49,775 nt of DNA. It comes from Planctomycetota bacterium. Lineage in GTDB: Bacteria; Planctomycetota; SZUA-567; H5-PLA8. Below are positions 38,602-48,596 of the stretch, one piece after another (position 1 is the first letter of the stretch; every line of letters begins with the position of its first letter). The notes under the pieces are model-generated. The model searched no databases. It saw nothing but the letters and a program-made list of their open reading frames with translations, and was not told where the DNA came from. The position numbers were made by a program, and so were the translations under genes. The DNA lies in contig JBBRPR010000062.1 in NCBI GenBank assembly GCA_038227875.1, forward strand, positions 1-49,775, in the 5' to 3' direction.

Positions 38602-39603
38602 ATGCTGAAATGCATTCGAATTATTGCCGTCACATTCGCACTGCTCATGCTCGCCGCCGCATCTGCTGAAGTTGCCCCGCTCACGTTAGATCGTTCCATT
38701 GCGCTTCCTGGCGTCGAAGGGCGCATTGATCACATGGCGCTGGATAGCGCAGGCGAGCGTCTGTTCGTGGCGGCCTTGGGGAACGACACGGTGGAAGTGC
38801 TCGATCTCAAGCAGGGAAAGCATCTGCAATCGTTAACTGGTTTGAAGGAAGCGCAGGGGCTGGGATGGGCAACGGACGCTGGAAAGTTATTTGTCGCTTG
38901 CGGCGGGGACGGGACTCTTCACATCTTCGACGGCAAAACGCTGGAGAACAAAAACACAATCCGGCTGGGTGACGACGCGGACAATGTTCGTTACTCCGAA
39001 GCGACGAAGCAGATTTTTGTCGGCTACGGCAGCGGCGCGATTTCCATTGTCGATCCCGTAAAGGAATCTGTTGTCGGCGAGATCAAGGTCTCCGGCCATC
39101 CCGAATCCTTTGAAGTTAATCGCAGTGCCAGGCGCATCTTTGTCAATGTTCCATCGAAACATCTGGAGGTCCTGGACACTGAAAAAATGCAGCGCTCCGC
39201 TGACTGGAAACTCAGCGACGCCAGCAGCAATTTTCCCATGGCGCTGAACGAAGATTCCAAGCGGCTCTTCGTCGGCTGCCGATCGCCCGCAAAAATCCTG
39301 TTGCTCGATTCCGAATCCGGCAAGAGCATCGCAACGCTCGATGGACCCGGCGATGTGGACGACGTATTCTTCGCACCCACGTCAAAGCGGATCTTCTCCT
39401 CGGGTGGCGACGGAGTCGTCTTTATCCACACTCAAGTGGATGGTGATCACTATGAACTCACCGCCAAATTTCCGACCGCCTCGGGCGCGCGAACGTCGCT
39501 GCTGTCGCCAGATGAAACCAAACTCTACGTTGCCGTGCCACACCGAGGCGCGCAGCAGGCTGAGATTCGCGTCTACGGTGTTGCGGCAGTGCCCGCCAAG
39601 TGA
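38602..39603 (+). CDS. Exported YncE/YVTN-like beta-propeller protein
   Basis: GRIDHMALD, DDADNVRY, HPESF, NFPMAL, GART, LYVAVP. Confidence 0.88.
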   Translation: MLKCIRIIAVTFALLMLAAASAEVAPLTLDRSIALPGVEGRIDHMALDSAGERLFVAALGNDTVEVLDLKQGKHLQSLTGLKEAQGLGWATDAGKLFVACGGDGTLHIFDGKTLENKNTIRLGDDADNVRYSEATKQIFVGYGSGAISIVDPVKESVVGEIKVSGHPESFEVNRSARRIFVNVPSKHLEVLDTEKMQRSADWKLSDASSNFPMALNEDSKRLFVGCRSPAKILLLDSESGKSIATLDGPGDVDDVFFAPTSKRIFSSGGDGVVFIHTQVDGDHYELTAKFPTASGARTSLLSPDETKLYVAVPHRGAQQAEIRVYGVAAVPAK

Positions 39604-39953
39604 CGTGGAACGGCCTTTTCGCCGCATCGCCGTCGCTCCGCGCGCCGCAGCGACCATTCACAGAAAATCGCGAGCACCGTCAACGCATTCAAACCCACGA
39701 TACCATTCAACACCAGAAAGCTGAAAATTGAGTACGACTGGTTTTCCCCACGATTATCAACCCACGTCCAGAGGAACGGATAGGGATATCCAATGGTCTG
39801 TAACTGAGTGATCGGTTGTGACTTCGAATCGCAAAAAGGGCGTCCCCATTTGTGCTGAGGCAGCGTATTGACCAGCATATACGTTCCCGCCGCCAGCGAG
39901 AGATACACCACCGTGCTGAGATGCAACTGAAGCGGATGTCGTGGCGGATTCAT
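39573..39953 (-). CDS. Small membrane protein, paralogue of 33270-33650
   Basis: PRHPLQLHLSTVV-TM-N...IGYPYPF...TM-CEWSLRR; 126 aa from ATG 39953; overlaps the convergent gene by 31 nt. Confidence 0.7.
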   Translation of the reverse strand: MNPPRHPLQLHLSTVVYLSLAAGTYMLVNTLPQHKWGRPFCDSKSQPITQLQTIGYPYPFLWTWVDNRGENQSYSIFSFLVLNGIVGLNALTVLAIFCEWSLRRAERRRCGEKAVPRHLAGTAATP

Positions 39954-40107
39954 ACCTTCGTCCTCACACAAAAGGAAAACGTCGCACCGCCCAAAAACTT
40001 GCACCAAAGCGAAGCGCCGTAACCGACAACTTTTAGCCGGACACGCCCCGAGGAACGTGGAGACAAACTGCCATTCAAAAATTCCCGCCACGCAATACAC
40101 TCCCCCC

Positions 40108-41157
40108 ATGCACACGATGCTCCGCCCCAATCGCAAGCGCGCGCAGAAGCCGATCATTGCCGTCACCATGGGCGATGCCGCCGGCGTCGGGCCGGAACTT
40201 TGTCTGCATCTGCTTCGCGCCAAAACGCATGGCAACTCGGTGTCGCTGATCATCGGCGACGGTGATGTGCTCGCGCGCGTCTCCAAGGAACTGAAAATCC
40301 CCTGCAGCGCGCCGCGGCTGGATACGATTCCCGATTCGCTCGATGCGCCGGCGATTTACGATCCGCCCGGCGCTCTCGCTGGCGACGCGGTCCAGCCGGG
40401 GAAGAACCAGGCCATCTGCGGGCGCGCAGCCGAGCGCTACATTCGCGAAGCGGTCACCGGTTGCCTCGATAAACGCTTTGCCGCAATGGTCACCGCGCCG
40501 ATCAGCAAAAAAGCGCTGAACATGGCCGGCATCGATTTTCCCGGCCACACCGAAATGCTCGCGTACCTCACGAAGACGCCGCGCGTCGCCATGCTGCTTT
40601 ACAGTGACGCCATCGCCTGCGCGTTTGCGACGTGTCATCAATCGTTGAAGTCAGTACCCGGTGATTTGAATCTGGAGACCGTCGTGGAAGTCGCGGCGCT
40701 GGCCTGGTCGCACGTCGCCCGGATTCGAGGTAAGGCGCCGCGGCTGGCAATGCTCGGGTTGAATCCGCACGCGGGCGAGGAGGGACTCTTCGGCGACGAA
40801 GAGCAGCGCATCCTGATTCCCGCCAAGGCCGCGATTCTCGCGCGCGGCATCGAGATCGAAGGCCCGCTCCCAGCCGACACCGCCTTCACGCCGCAAGGCC
40901 TGAAGCGCTACGGCTGCCACATCGCCATGTACCACGACCAGGGCTCCATCCCGTTCAAGATGAAGTCCTTCGACGTCGGCGTGAACGTGACAATGGGACT
41001 GCCGATCGTCCGTACCTCGCCCGATCACGGCACGGCTTTCGACATTGCCTGGAAAGGCAAAGTCGATCCCGCCAGCTTCCAGAGCGCCTACGACCTGGCC
41101 GTCGCGCTTTCGGCGCAGAGCAAATCCGTCACGCGAAAAGTAGCGCGAGTTCCCTAG
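40108..41157 (+). CDS. pdxA: 4-hydroxythreonine-4-phosphate dehydrogenase (PdxA family)
   Basis: TMGDAAGVGPE, TAPISK, GHTE, GLNPHAGE, MYHDQG, RTSPDHGTAFDIA. Confidence 0.95.
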   Translation: MHTMLRPNRKRAQKPIIAVTMGDAAGVGPELCLHLLRAKTHGNSVSLIIGDGDVLARVSKELKIPCSAPRLDTIPDSLDAPAIYDPPGALAGDAVQPGKNQAICGRAAERYIREAVTGCLDKRFAAMVTAPISKKALNMAGIDFPGHTEMLAYLTKTPRVAMLLYSDAIACAFATCHQSLKSVPGDLNLETVVEVAALAWSHVARIRGKAPRLAMLGLNPHAGEEGLFGDEEQRILIPAKAAILARGIEIEGPLPADTAFTPQGLKRYGCHIAMYHDQGSIPFKMKSFDVGVNVTMGLPIVRTSPDHGTAFDIAWKGKVDPASFQSAYDLAVALSAQSKSVTRKVARVP

Positions 41158-41160
41158 CGA

Positions 41161-44040
41161 CTACTTTCCGGCCTCGTTCGGGAAATCTTTCAGCGCAACT
41201 TTTTCTTCAGCGTGGTAGCCCAGTTTCACCGACGCGACCCGCGCGTTTCCGGCGTCGGCGATGAAAATCCGGTGATCCGTGTGCGTGGCCACGAAACAGG
41301 GATGGAAGAGACCCACTTCGTCGCCGCCGATCGAGCGCGGAGCTGGCGGGCCGCCGTCGGCGATCAGCGGTTTGCCGTCGTCGACGTTGCCGTACTGTCC
41401 AATGCGCAGAATCAGGTTGCCGGCGTTATCCACGACTGCGACTGAGAAATGGCGCGTTTCCGGCGCAATGGAGCGGGAGAAGTAGTCGAGACAGAAGCGC
41501 GTATTCCAGCAACTGCAGCCGCCGGCCGCCCAGCCAGCGCTCATGCCGCTGAAGCCCAGACCGCCGTAAAACCAGTTCGCGCCCTCCACCCACGCATTTT
41601 CAGCCGCTTGGCCGTTGAGATCCGCCGAGCGTTTCAAATAGGCAGACTTGGGCAGCGGCACCGGAATGCTCTCGCTGGTGCTGATCACTTTGGCCTTCGC
41701 GGCGGGAACTTTGAGCAGCGTCTCCGACACGTCGTCTTTCAGATCGTCGACGGCTTTTCCGTCGATGATCCGGCGCGCGGCGGCCATTACGTAAATGTTG
41801 TCTTGATTGTCGAGCCCCACGCCGTCGAGGTGCCCCATGCCCGGGAACGCGTCCTCGATGATCAGTTTGCCGTGCTTGTCCCAGATGTGAAATTCGCCCC
41901 ACGTCTGGCGGCCGGGATAGAGCTTGGGCGTGTAGGGCCGGCCGACGATGTTGCTGTTGCCTTCGCCGGAGATTTTGCGTTCGGCCTGCTTGGCGGGGTT
42001 GTACGTCGGCAACACGAGATGCCCGTTGGGTGCCACGTACATGCCGCCCATGTGCCAGAAGGGTGATGAGCGCTGTCCCGGAATCGGCAGACCGCTGGCG
42101 ATGGGCGCGAAGCGTTCACCGCCTTCTCCGGCAAAGCCCAGCTTGTCCGTTTCCTCGCCGTAATCCCACGGCACCTCGCGGCCCGTTTCGAAATCGTACC
42201 GCGCGATGTACGAATCCGTGCGCAGGTAGATCAATCCATTCTGATCGAAGCAGATGTCTTCGCAGCTGAACGGCAGCTCGGCGATCTTCGCCTTGCCTGT
42301 TTCCGGATCGAATTCGACCATGCTGGTGACGCCTTTTCGCGCCGCGCAATCGCCTTCGAGCACGTACAGCTTTCCCGTCTTCGGATTCACGTTGAGCCGT
42401 TGGCGCCAGAGGATCGGCGGTTTGACACGCACGACGCTCTCGCGCACGTCTTTGCCGAAATCGCGGATCGGTTCCAGCTTGCCGTTCTTTTCGACCATGA
42501 TCTTCAGCGTGGTTGCGTCCCAGTTGTCGACGGTGGTCATGAAGGAGCGGTTGTCGTGCATGACCACGCCGCCGGATTGCCCCGGGATCATCCAGATCGT
42601 GGGCTGCTCGGCCCACGAATCCACTTCCAGGCGGCAGGCGCTGCCGCGGTCGTTTTCAGACGGATTGCCGCTGCCGAGATTTCCTGTCAGCGTCATCGGG
42701 CAGGTGGAAATGACCTTGGGATTGTCGAACGACGCCAGCCGCGTCAAGGTTGGCGTGACTTTTTTAATCTCTTCGTTGGAAGTAAAGAACTGGCTGGCCA
42801 GGTACCACGAGAAGACATAGATCTCGCCGCTGCGCTGATGGATGCTGACCTGCGCCGGCTTGTTGGCGGGGATGGTCTTGAGCAGCTTGGCGTCTGCGTC
42901 GAAGACCTGGATCCGGTCGTTCATGTAGTCGGAGACATAGAGGCGCCCCTGCGGGTCGGTGGCCACCGACGACGGGAAGCGGAACTGCTTCTCGCCGGTT
43001 CCAAAGCCGTCCTCTTTCAGAATCTCGCCGACGAACGGCTGCGCGTCAGCGTCCGACGCGTACTCCGTTCGCATCACGCCGTACAGCCAGCGCTTGGTGA
43101 AGCCGTAGGGTCCGGTCGCGATGAAATAGCCAGTGTGGTAGACGTACTTTCCGTCCGGACTGAAGGCTGCGCTGCGCGGAGGCAGCGGCTCACCGCCCAG
43201 CGACTTCCAGACGGGCACACTGGTCTTGCCGCCCTCGAGCTTCATGCCGCCAGTGGAGCCATCGGTGGCCATGCGGTTGAGCTTCAGATGCAGCAGCGCG
43301 ATCTTAGTGTCGTGAATCGCCATCGCATTCACGCCGTAGCCTTCGTTGTAGCTGTAGATATTCGTGTTGGTGCCGCTGGTCAGTAGCGTCGACTGATGGA
43401 AGCCGCCCTTCAACGGCAGGGTCTTGCCGTCTTGGGGAAAAGTATGCGTCGCGACGCCCGTGGCCTTGCTGAGCTTGTCAGAAGGGAAGGGGTAGACGGT
43501 GCGCAGGTAGTTGCCGCTGTGATCGAAAAGTCGGATGTGGTCGATCGGCGTGCCTTCGTAGACGTACATCCCTTCTGGCGCGGCGCAGAGGATGGGGCTG
43601 TCCATGCCCACGCGCTTTTGCGGCGACCAGTCGAGCGTGCGTTCGAGCTGCGGTTTCAGACCCAGGGAGACCCGCACCGTGAGGCTTGCGCGGTCCTTCA
43701 CGTACGCGCCCTGATCGTCTTTGCTGTCCCAAACCAAGTCCTGCTTGAGTGAATTCTTCTCCAGCGGTGCGGGCGCGTTGGCGCCGAGCACGCCGCTGAC
43801 CAAGTGGCGTACGATGTTTCCCTGCGCGTCTTCAATCGCGACCGTGACGTCGCAATTCCCCTTGGATTTGAAGGCAATGTGGACGTCGTAACCGCTGGCT
43901 TTGACCGTCGGTTTCTCGTCGAATTCAAAGACTTCCTGACGTTTGATCTTGAACTCTTCGATTTCCGCGGCGCAAATGGGGAGGCCGTGCGCCAGAACGA
44001 ACAAGACCATGACCATGAGAATGGACGGGCGAAACCGCAT
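41161..44040 (-). CDS. Large exported protein with FlgD-like Ig domain and NHL/beta-propeller repeats
   Basis: Signal peptide; VTVAIED.QGNIVRHL...WDSKDDQG; FRFPSSVATDPQGRLYVSDYMNDRIQVF; IFIADAGNARV. Confidence 0.82.
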   Translation of the reverse strand: MRFRPSILMVMVLFVLAHGLPICAAEIEEFKIKRQEVFEFDEKPTVKASGYDVHIAFKSKGNCDVTVAIEDAQGNIVRHLVSGVLGANAPAPLEKNSLKQDLVWDSKDDQGAYVKDRASLTVRVSLGLKPQLERTLDWSPQKRVGMDSPILCAAPEGMYVYEGTPIDHIRLFDHSGNYLRTVYPFPSDKLSKATGVATHTFPQDGKTLPLKGGFHQSTLLTSGTNTNIYSYNEGYGVNAMAIHDTKIALLHLKLNRMATDGSTGGMKLEGGKTSVPVWKSLGGEPLPPRSAAFSPDGKYVYHTGYFIATGPYGFTKRWLYGVMRTEYASDADAQPFVGEILKEDGFGTGEKQFRFPSSVATDPQGRLYVSDYMNDRIQVFDADAKLLKTIPANKPAQVSIHQRSGEIYVFSWYLASQFFTSNEEIKKVTPTLTRLASFDNPKVISTCPMTLTGNLGSGNPSENDRGSACRLEVDSWAEQPTIWMIPGQSGGVVMHDNRSFMTTVDNWDATTLKIMVEKNGKLEPIRDFGKDVRESVVRVKPPILWRQRLNVNPKTGKLYVLEGDCAARKGVTSMVEFDPETGKAKIAELPFSCEDICFDQNGLIYLRTDSYIARYDFETGREVPWDYGEETDKLGFAGEGGERFAPIASGLPIPGQRSSPFWHMGGMYVAPNGHLVLPTYNPAKQAERKISGEGNSNIVGRPYTPKLYPGRQTWGEFHIWDKHGKLIIEDAFPGMGHLDGVGLDNQDNIYVMAAARRIIDGKAVDDLKDDVSETLLKVPAAKAKVISTSESIPVPLPKSAYLKRSADLNGQAAENAWVEGANWFYGGLGFSGMSAGWAAGGCSCWNTRFCLDYFSRSIAPETRHFSVAVVDNAGNLILRIGQYGNVDDGKPLIADGGPPAPRSIGGDEVGLFHPCFVATHTDHRIFIADAGNARVASVKLGYHAEEKVALKDFPNEAGK

Positions 44041-44210
44041 CGTGGGAGTACTCCTGTATGGCTAATGTGTAATACACCCCATCCCACAGGCGGTTGACTA
44101 AATTCAACGGATTGATAAGGGCTGTGCGAATGTGTGCGGCAAATCGCTGCTCTGGGACCTCCGCGTGGCGAGCTGCGCGAGTTGTGATTCGCTTTTGAAA
44201 TGTGGTTTCA

Positions 44211-44399
44211 GCCCAACGCGTCGGTGTATCAACCACCGACCCTTGAGCGCTCAGAAACGAGCGCTGCGTGCTATTGGTCACTGTGGTTACTCACTTGTAA
44301 CACGATTGCACGCGGCTGTGTCACTTGCCTGCAGCGTTTGAACGCGTGCAACTGGTAATAAACTTGCTGTTGATAAACCCACGACCAATGCACTGGGGC
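44211..44399 (-). ncRNA. Candidate structured non-coding RNA (unassigned)
   Basis: At least five hand-identified stems, including an 11-bp stem enclosing three arms that each carry CAAGT; strand suggested only by G-U pairs. Confidence 0.35.
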
Positions 44400-44437
44400 G
44401 TGCTGGTCATTCTGCGGCAAGATTAATCGGAGCGCGT

Positions 44438-47095
44438 GTGGAAATTGTTTATTGCGACAGCTGCGGCGCACGTGTTCCTTCCGGGGAACTCGCGGCCGCA
44501 CGTGGCAATGATGGCAAGGTTCACTGTTCCACATGTGCTCCGCGCGTCCGTCGCGGGAGTGCCATCGTGGCCTCCGTGATTCAGCCTGAAAAGTTGATGC
44601 AAGGCAGGAGTCCGGGGAACGGCACGCCGGCGGTGAAAAGTCCTGCGCCCACGTCGGGCGACATTAAATTCTATTTCTGCGAGACCTGTGGCAAGCGCAT
44701 CACCGATCGCCAGATTCTCGAAGGCCAGGGCCGCGACAAGAAACTCAAGGGTATCTTCTGCAGCGACTGCGCCGTCGGCGTGAACACAATGGAGTTCGAT
44801 GCCATCACCGAAGCCGATTTGCGCAACAAGCCCACCCGCAAGTCCGGCGGCATCGCAAAAGTGCCGTCGTCGGGATTCAAAGCGACCCAACTTGAAGCCC
44901 GGACCGATCACTCTCCAGCGAAGTCGAGCAAACCTGTGGCCGGGCCGGCGCCGGGGCAGGGGCCGTCGGCACTTCCTCCAGGGATCAAGCCATTTGCCGC
45001 GATGATCGCCGCCGCTGCCGCGCTGACCCTGCTCGGCGCTTTCGTTTTGTTTTCCAATGCCCACTCGCCCAAAAACGTCGCGAAAGTCGAGCCCGTAGCC
45101 AACGTGGAGAAGGAAAATTCCAACGCGCCACCCTTGGAGCCCATGCAAGGCCCGTTGCCGCCACGCGTCGATGCTCCGGCGGTCACGTCGACGTTGGCCT
45201 CGACGGCTATCAATGATCCCGAGGCCAGCGCCAAGGGCGCGTTCGACGCGCTGCAGCGTTTCGATGGACTCGCCGCCGACGACAACGCGGGACGGATCGA
45301 GCGCATTGACGCTTTTCTGTCGCAGCATGGCGACGCGATCATCTCCGGCCGGGCGCGAGCGCTGCGCAAGGAACTCGCGGCTGCGACGCCCAAGCCCGAT
45401 CGCGAAGCGGTGGCGAAGTCGGACTACGACACCATGGTCAAAAAAATCGGAACGCTTGAAAAGGGCGACAGCACTGGCCGACTGGCCCTCGTCGACGCAT
45501 TTCTGAAGGACCACGGCGACTCCGAAATGGCGTCCGCGGCCAAAACCCTGCGGGACGGCATTGCCGCGGTCGAGCAGTTCAACAAGACCCATGCGACCCT
45601 GCCGGGTCTGCCCGATCAGCCGCCTGGAACGACGACGTCGGCAGCAGAATTGCCGCAGACAAAAGTTGCGGATGGCGACGTCGCGACTCTGAAAATGATT
45701 CAACAGACGCTGGTGCCGTTGGCTCAATCGGACTTCCCCGCGGCGCTGCGGGCGATCGCGCAAAATCCGGATGCGACTGCCGAATCGCGCAACGCGCTGA
45801 AACTCGTGCTGGATGCGCTCCGAAAACGCGACGGCCTGTGGCGCGACGCACTGGTCAAAAACGTGGGGCATAAAATCAAGCTGGAGACGAGGACGGGAGG
45901 CGTTGAAGGCGTCGTGCTGGCCGTCGACGGCGACACGCTCAAGATCGAAAAGCCGCTGGTCATCAACGGAGCGACCATGGGTTCGGCGACCGTCCAGATT
46001 GCCGTCGGCGATATTCTGCCGGTCTCGCGGGAAGCGCTCGCACCGCTTCCTGCTCCCGCCGGCGACGAATGGATGGGACAGGTCCTGGGCGCGCTGGCCC
46101 GGCAGGATTTCGAAGCCGCGGACAAGGCGCTGACGCACTGCGACGGGCACGTGCTTTACGCCGCCATCAAGCAGTTGGAAGCGGCCGAACAGGGCGCCGC
46201 CCGCGAAGTCAAAGCTCAAACGCTGTGGAAGAAAGCGGAGGACCTCTTCGCCGCCAAAAACTGGAAAGCCGCGAAGCTCGTTTACGAAGGACTGCAACGC
46301 GATTTCGCCGCAACCGCGCTGGTCAAATACAATGCAGAGTCGCTCCAGAAACGGCTGGATGAGATTGAGACGACGCTGCTGGCCTCCCAGGCTGTCACGC
46401 TGGATCTGGGCGGCGTCAAATTGGACCTGATGCCGATTCCAGCCGGAGAATTCGAAATGGGCTCCAACGACGAGCCGAATGAAAAGCCCATCCACAAAGT
46501 CCGGATCACGCATCCGTTCTGCATCGGCAAGTACCCCGTGACTCAGGCGCAATACGAGAAGGTGATGGGCGTCAATCCCTCCCAGGTTAAAGGCGACAAT
46601 CTGCCCGAAGACCATGCGAATTACGATGACGCGAAGGAATTCTGCAAGAAGGCCAGCAAGCTCACGGGAAAGAACATTCGGCTGCCCACCGAAGCGGAAT
46701 GGGAATATGCCTGCCGGGCCGGAACGCGGACGAAGTACTACACGGGCGACAACGAGGCCGCTCTGGACCAGGCCGGATGGTATGACAAAAATTCCGGCGG
46801 CAAGCCGCGACCCGTCGGTCAGAAGAAACCCAATGCGTGGGGTCTGTACGACATGCACGGAATGGTGTGGCAGTTCTGCATTGATGGCTACGCCGCGGAC
46901 GCGTATTCCAAAACCACGGTCGACGACCCGGAGATTATAGACGGCAAGGAATGCGTGATGCGCGGGGGCGCTCGAACCAAGGGTGCGGCAACCTGCCGTT
47001 CCGCAGCGCGCGGCTCCATCTGGAGAAGCGACCGCAGCTTCTACGACGCTTACGGATTCCGGGTGGTGCTATCGGCGACGCCGGCAAAGAAATAA
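44438..47095 (+). CDS. Membrane protein with N-terminal zinc fingers and C-terminal FGE-sulfatase (SUMF1) domain
   Basis: CDSC..CSTC and CETC..CSDC, one TM helix, PAGEFEMGS, RLPTEAEWEYACRAG, PNAWGLYDMHG, YGFRVV. Confidence 0.9.
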   Translation: MEIVYCDSCGARVPSGELAAARGNDGKVHCSTCAPRVRRGSAIVASVIQPEKLMQGRSPGNGTPAVKSPAPTSGDIKFYFCETCGKRITDRQILEGQGRDKKLKGIFCSDCAVGVNTMEFDAITEADLRNKPTRKSGGIAKVPSSGFKATQLEARTDHSPAKSSKPVAGPAPGQGPSALPPGIKPFAAMIAAAAALTLLGAFVLFSNAHSPKNVAKVEPVANVEKENSNAPPLEPMQGPLPPRVDAPAVTSTLASTAINDPEASAKGAFDALQRFDGLAADDNAGRIERIDAFLSQHGDAIISGRARALRKELAAATPKPDREAVAKSDYDTMVKKIGTLEKGDSTGRLALVDAFLKDHGDSEMASAAKTLRDGIAAVEQFNKTHATLPGLPDQPPGTTTSAAELPQTKVADGDVATLKMIQQTLVPLAQSDFPAALRAIAQNPDATAESRNALKLVLDALRKRDGLWRDALVKNVGHKIKLETRTGGVEGVVLAVDGDTLKIEKPLVINGATMGSATVQIAVGDILPVSREALAPLPAPAGDEWMGQVLGALARQDFEAADKALTHCDGHVLYAAIKQLEAAEQGAAREVKAQTLWKKAEDLFAAKNWKAAKLVYEGLQRDFAATALVKYNAESLQKRLDEIETTLLASQAVTLDLGGVKLDLMPIPAGEFEMGSNDEPNEKPIHKVRITHPFCIGKYPVTQAQYEKVMGVNPSQVKGDNLPEDHANYDDAKEFCKKASKLTGKNIRLPTEAEWEYACRAGTRTKYYTGDNEAALDQAGWYDKNSGGKPRPVGQKKPNAWGLYDMHGMVWQFCIDGYAADAYSKTTVDDPEIIDGKECVMRGGARTKGAATCRSAARGSIWRSDRSFYDAYGFRVVLSATPAKK

Positions 47096-47099
47096 AATC

Positions 47100-47146
47100 G
47101 CTCCAAAACAAAACCCTCCCCAGCAACGGGGAGGGTTTTCTTGGAG
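47100..47146. terminator. Bidirectional terminator between convergent genes
   Basis: GCTCCAA..AAAACCCTCCC-CAGCAAC-GGGAGGGTTTT..TTGGAGC. Confidence 0.8.
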
Positions 47147-47169
47147 CAGACGATAACCGATGATTCCGT

Positions 47170-48483
47170 TTAGTACCGGTAGTGCTCCGGCTTGTACGGG
47201 CCTTCGGTGTCGATGCCGAGGTACTCTGCCTGCTTGGCGCTCAACTTGGTCAGCTTGGCGCCGAGCTTGCCGAGATGCAGACGGGCGACCTTTTCGTCGA
47301 GCTTCTTGGGCAGGATGTAGACTTCGTTCTTGTACTTCTTTTCGGTGCGGGTCTGCCAGAGTTCGATCTGCGCCATCACCTGGTTGGTGAACGACGCGCT
47401 CATCACGAAGCTCGGGTGGCCCGTCGCACAACCCAGGTTCACCAGGCGGCCTTCGGCCAGCATGATCAGCTTCTTGCCGCTCGGCCAGATCCACTGGTCG
47501 ACCTGAGGCTTGATTTCGATCTTCTTCAGCTTCTTGTCGTTGGTCAGGCTGGCGATGTCGATCTCGATGTCGAAATGGCCGATGTTGCAGAGGATCGCGT
47601 TGTCCTTCATCACGTCCATGTGTTCGCGGCGGATGATGTCGCAGCAGCCCGTGGTGGTGACGAAGATGTCGCCCTGCGGCGCGGCTTCTTCCATCGTCAC
47701 GACCTGGTAGCCTTCCATGCAGGCCTGGAGCGCGTTGATCGGGTCGATTTCCGTGACCAGGACGCGGGCGCCCTGTCCGCGGAGCGACTGCGCGCAGCCC
47801 TTGCCCACGTCGCCGTAGCCGCCGACGACGGCGATCTTGCCGGCCACCATCACGCTCGTGGCGCGCTTGATGCCGTCGAGCAGCGATTCGCGGCAGCCGT
47901 AGAGATTGTCGAACTTCGACTTGGTGCAGGAATCGTTGACGTTGATCGCGGGAACCTTCAGCGTGCCCTTCTTGACGCGTTCGTAGAGGCGGTGGACGCC
48001 GGTGGTGGTCTCTTCGGACAGGCCGCAAATGTCCTTCAACAACGCGGGATACTTGTCGTGGACCATGTTGGTCAGGTCGCCGCCGTCGTCGAGAATGATG
48101 TTCAAGCCCTTGCCGTCCGGCCAGTGCAGGGTCTGTTCGATGCACCAATCGAATTCTTCGGCGTTCATGCCTTTCCAGGCGAAGACCGCAATGCCGGCTT
48201 TGGCGATGGCCGCGGCGGCGTGGTCCTGCGTGGAGAAAATATTGCAGCTGGACCAGCGCACCGAGGCGCCGAGGTCAACCAGCGTTTCGATCAGCACGGC
48301 CGTCTGGATGGTCATGTGGAGACAGCCGGCGACGCGCGCGCCCGCCAGAGGCTTCTTGCCTTTGTACTCTTCGCGAAGGGCCATGAGACCCGGCATTTCA
48401 ACTTCGGCGATCGCGATTTCCTTGCGGCCCCATTCGGCGAGACTGAGGTCCTTGACTTTGAAGTCCTGTGTGGCGGTGGACAT
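47170..48483 (-). CDS. ahcY: Adenosylhomocysteinase
   Basis: [75 protein letters not shown] before ATG 48483. Confidence 0.98.
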   Translation of the reverse strand: MSTATQDFKVKDLSLAEWGRKEIAIAEVEMPGLMALREEYKGKKPLAGARVAGCLHMTIQTAVLIETLVDLGASVRWSSCNIFSTQDHAAAAIAKAGIAVFAWKGMNAEEFDWCIEQTLHWPDGKGLNIILDDGGDLTNMVHDKYPALLKDICGLSEETTTGVHRLYERVKKGTLKVPAINVNDSCTKSKFDNLYGCRESLLDGIKRATSVMVAGKIAVVGGYGDVGKGCAQSLRGQGARVLVTEIDPINALQACMEGYQVVTMEEAAPQGDIFVTTTGCCDIIRREHMDVMKDNAILCNIGHFDIEIDIASLTNDKKLKKIEIKPQVDQWIWPSGKKLIMLAEGRLVNLGCATGHPSFVMSASFTNQVMAQIELWQTRTEKKYKNEVYILPKKLDEKVARLHLGKLGAKLTKLSAKQAEYLGIDTEGPYKPEHYRY

Positions 48484-48596
48484 TCGTGCTCCTTCCTCGT
48501 GCGGGTTAGATTTCAACACTTTACGAGAGAGACTGTACGTTGAGGGAGGAGCGCGGCCAACGGCGCGGTAGTTGATTAAGCGCAACTGACAGTTTA

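Noticed and set aside
44211..44375. Integron attC site (GCCCAAC)
   Set aside because: No matching GTTRRRY, no single long hairpin, no integrase.
46950..47146. DGR variable region in the FGE domain with downstream hairpin
   Set aside because: No template repeat or reverse transcriptase in the window; the hairpin is explained as a bidirectional terminator.
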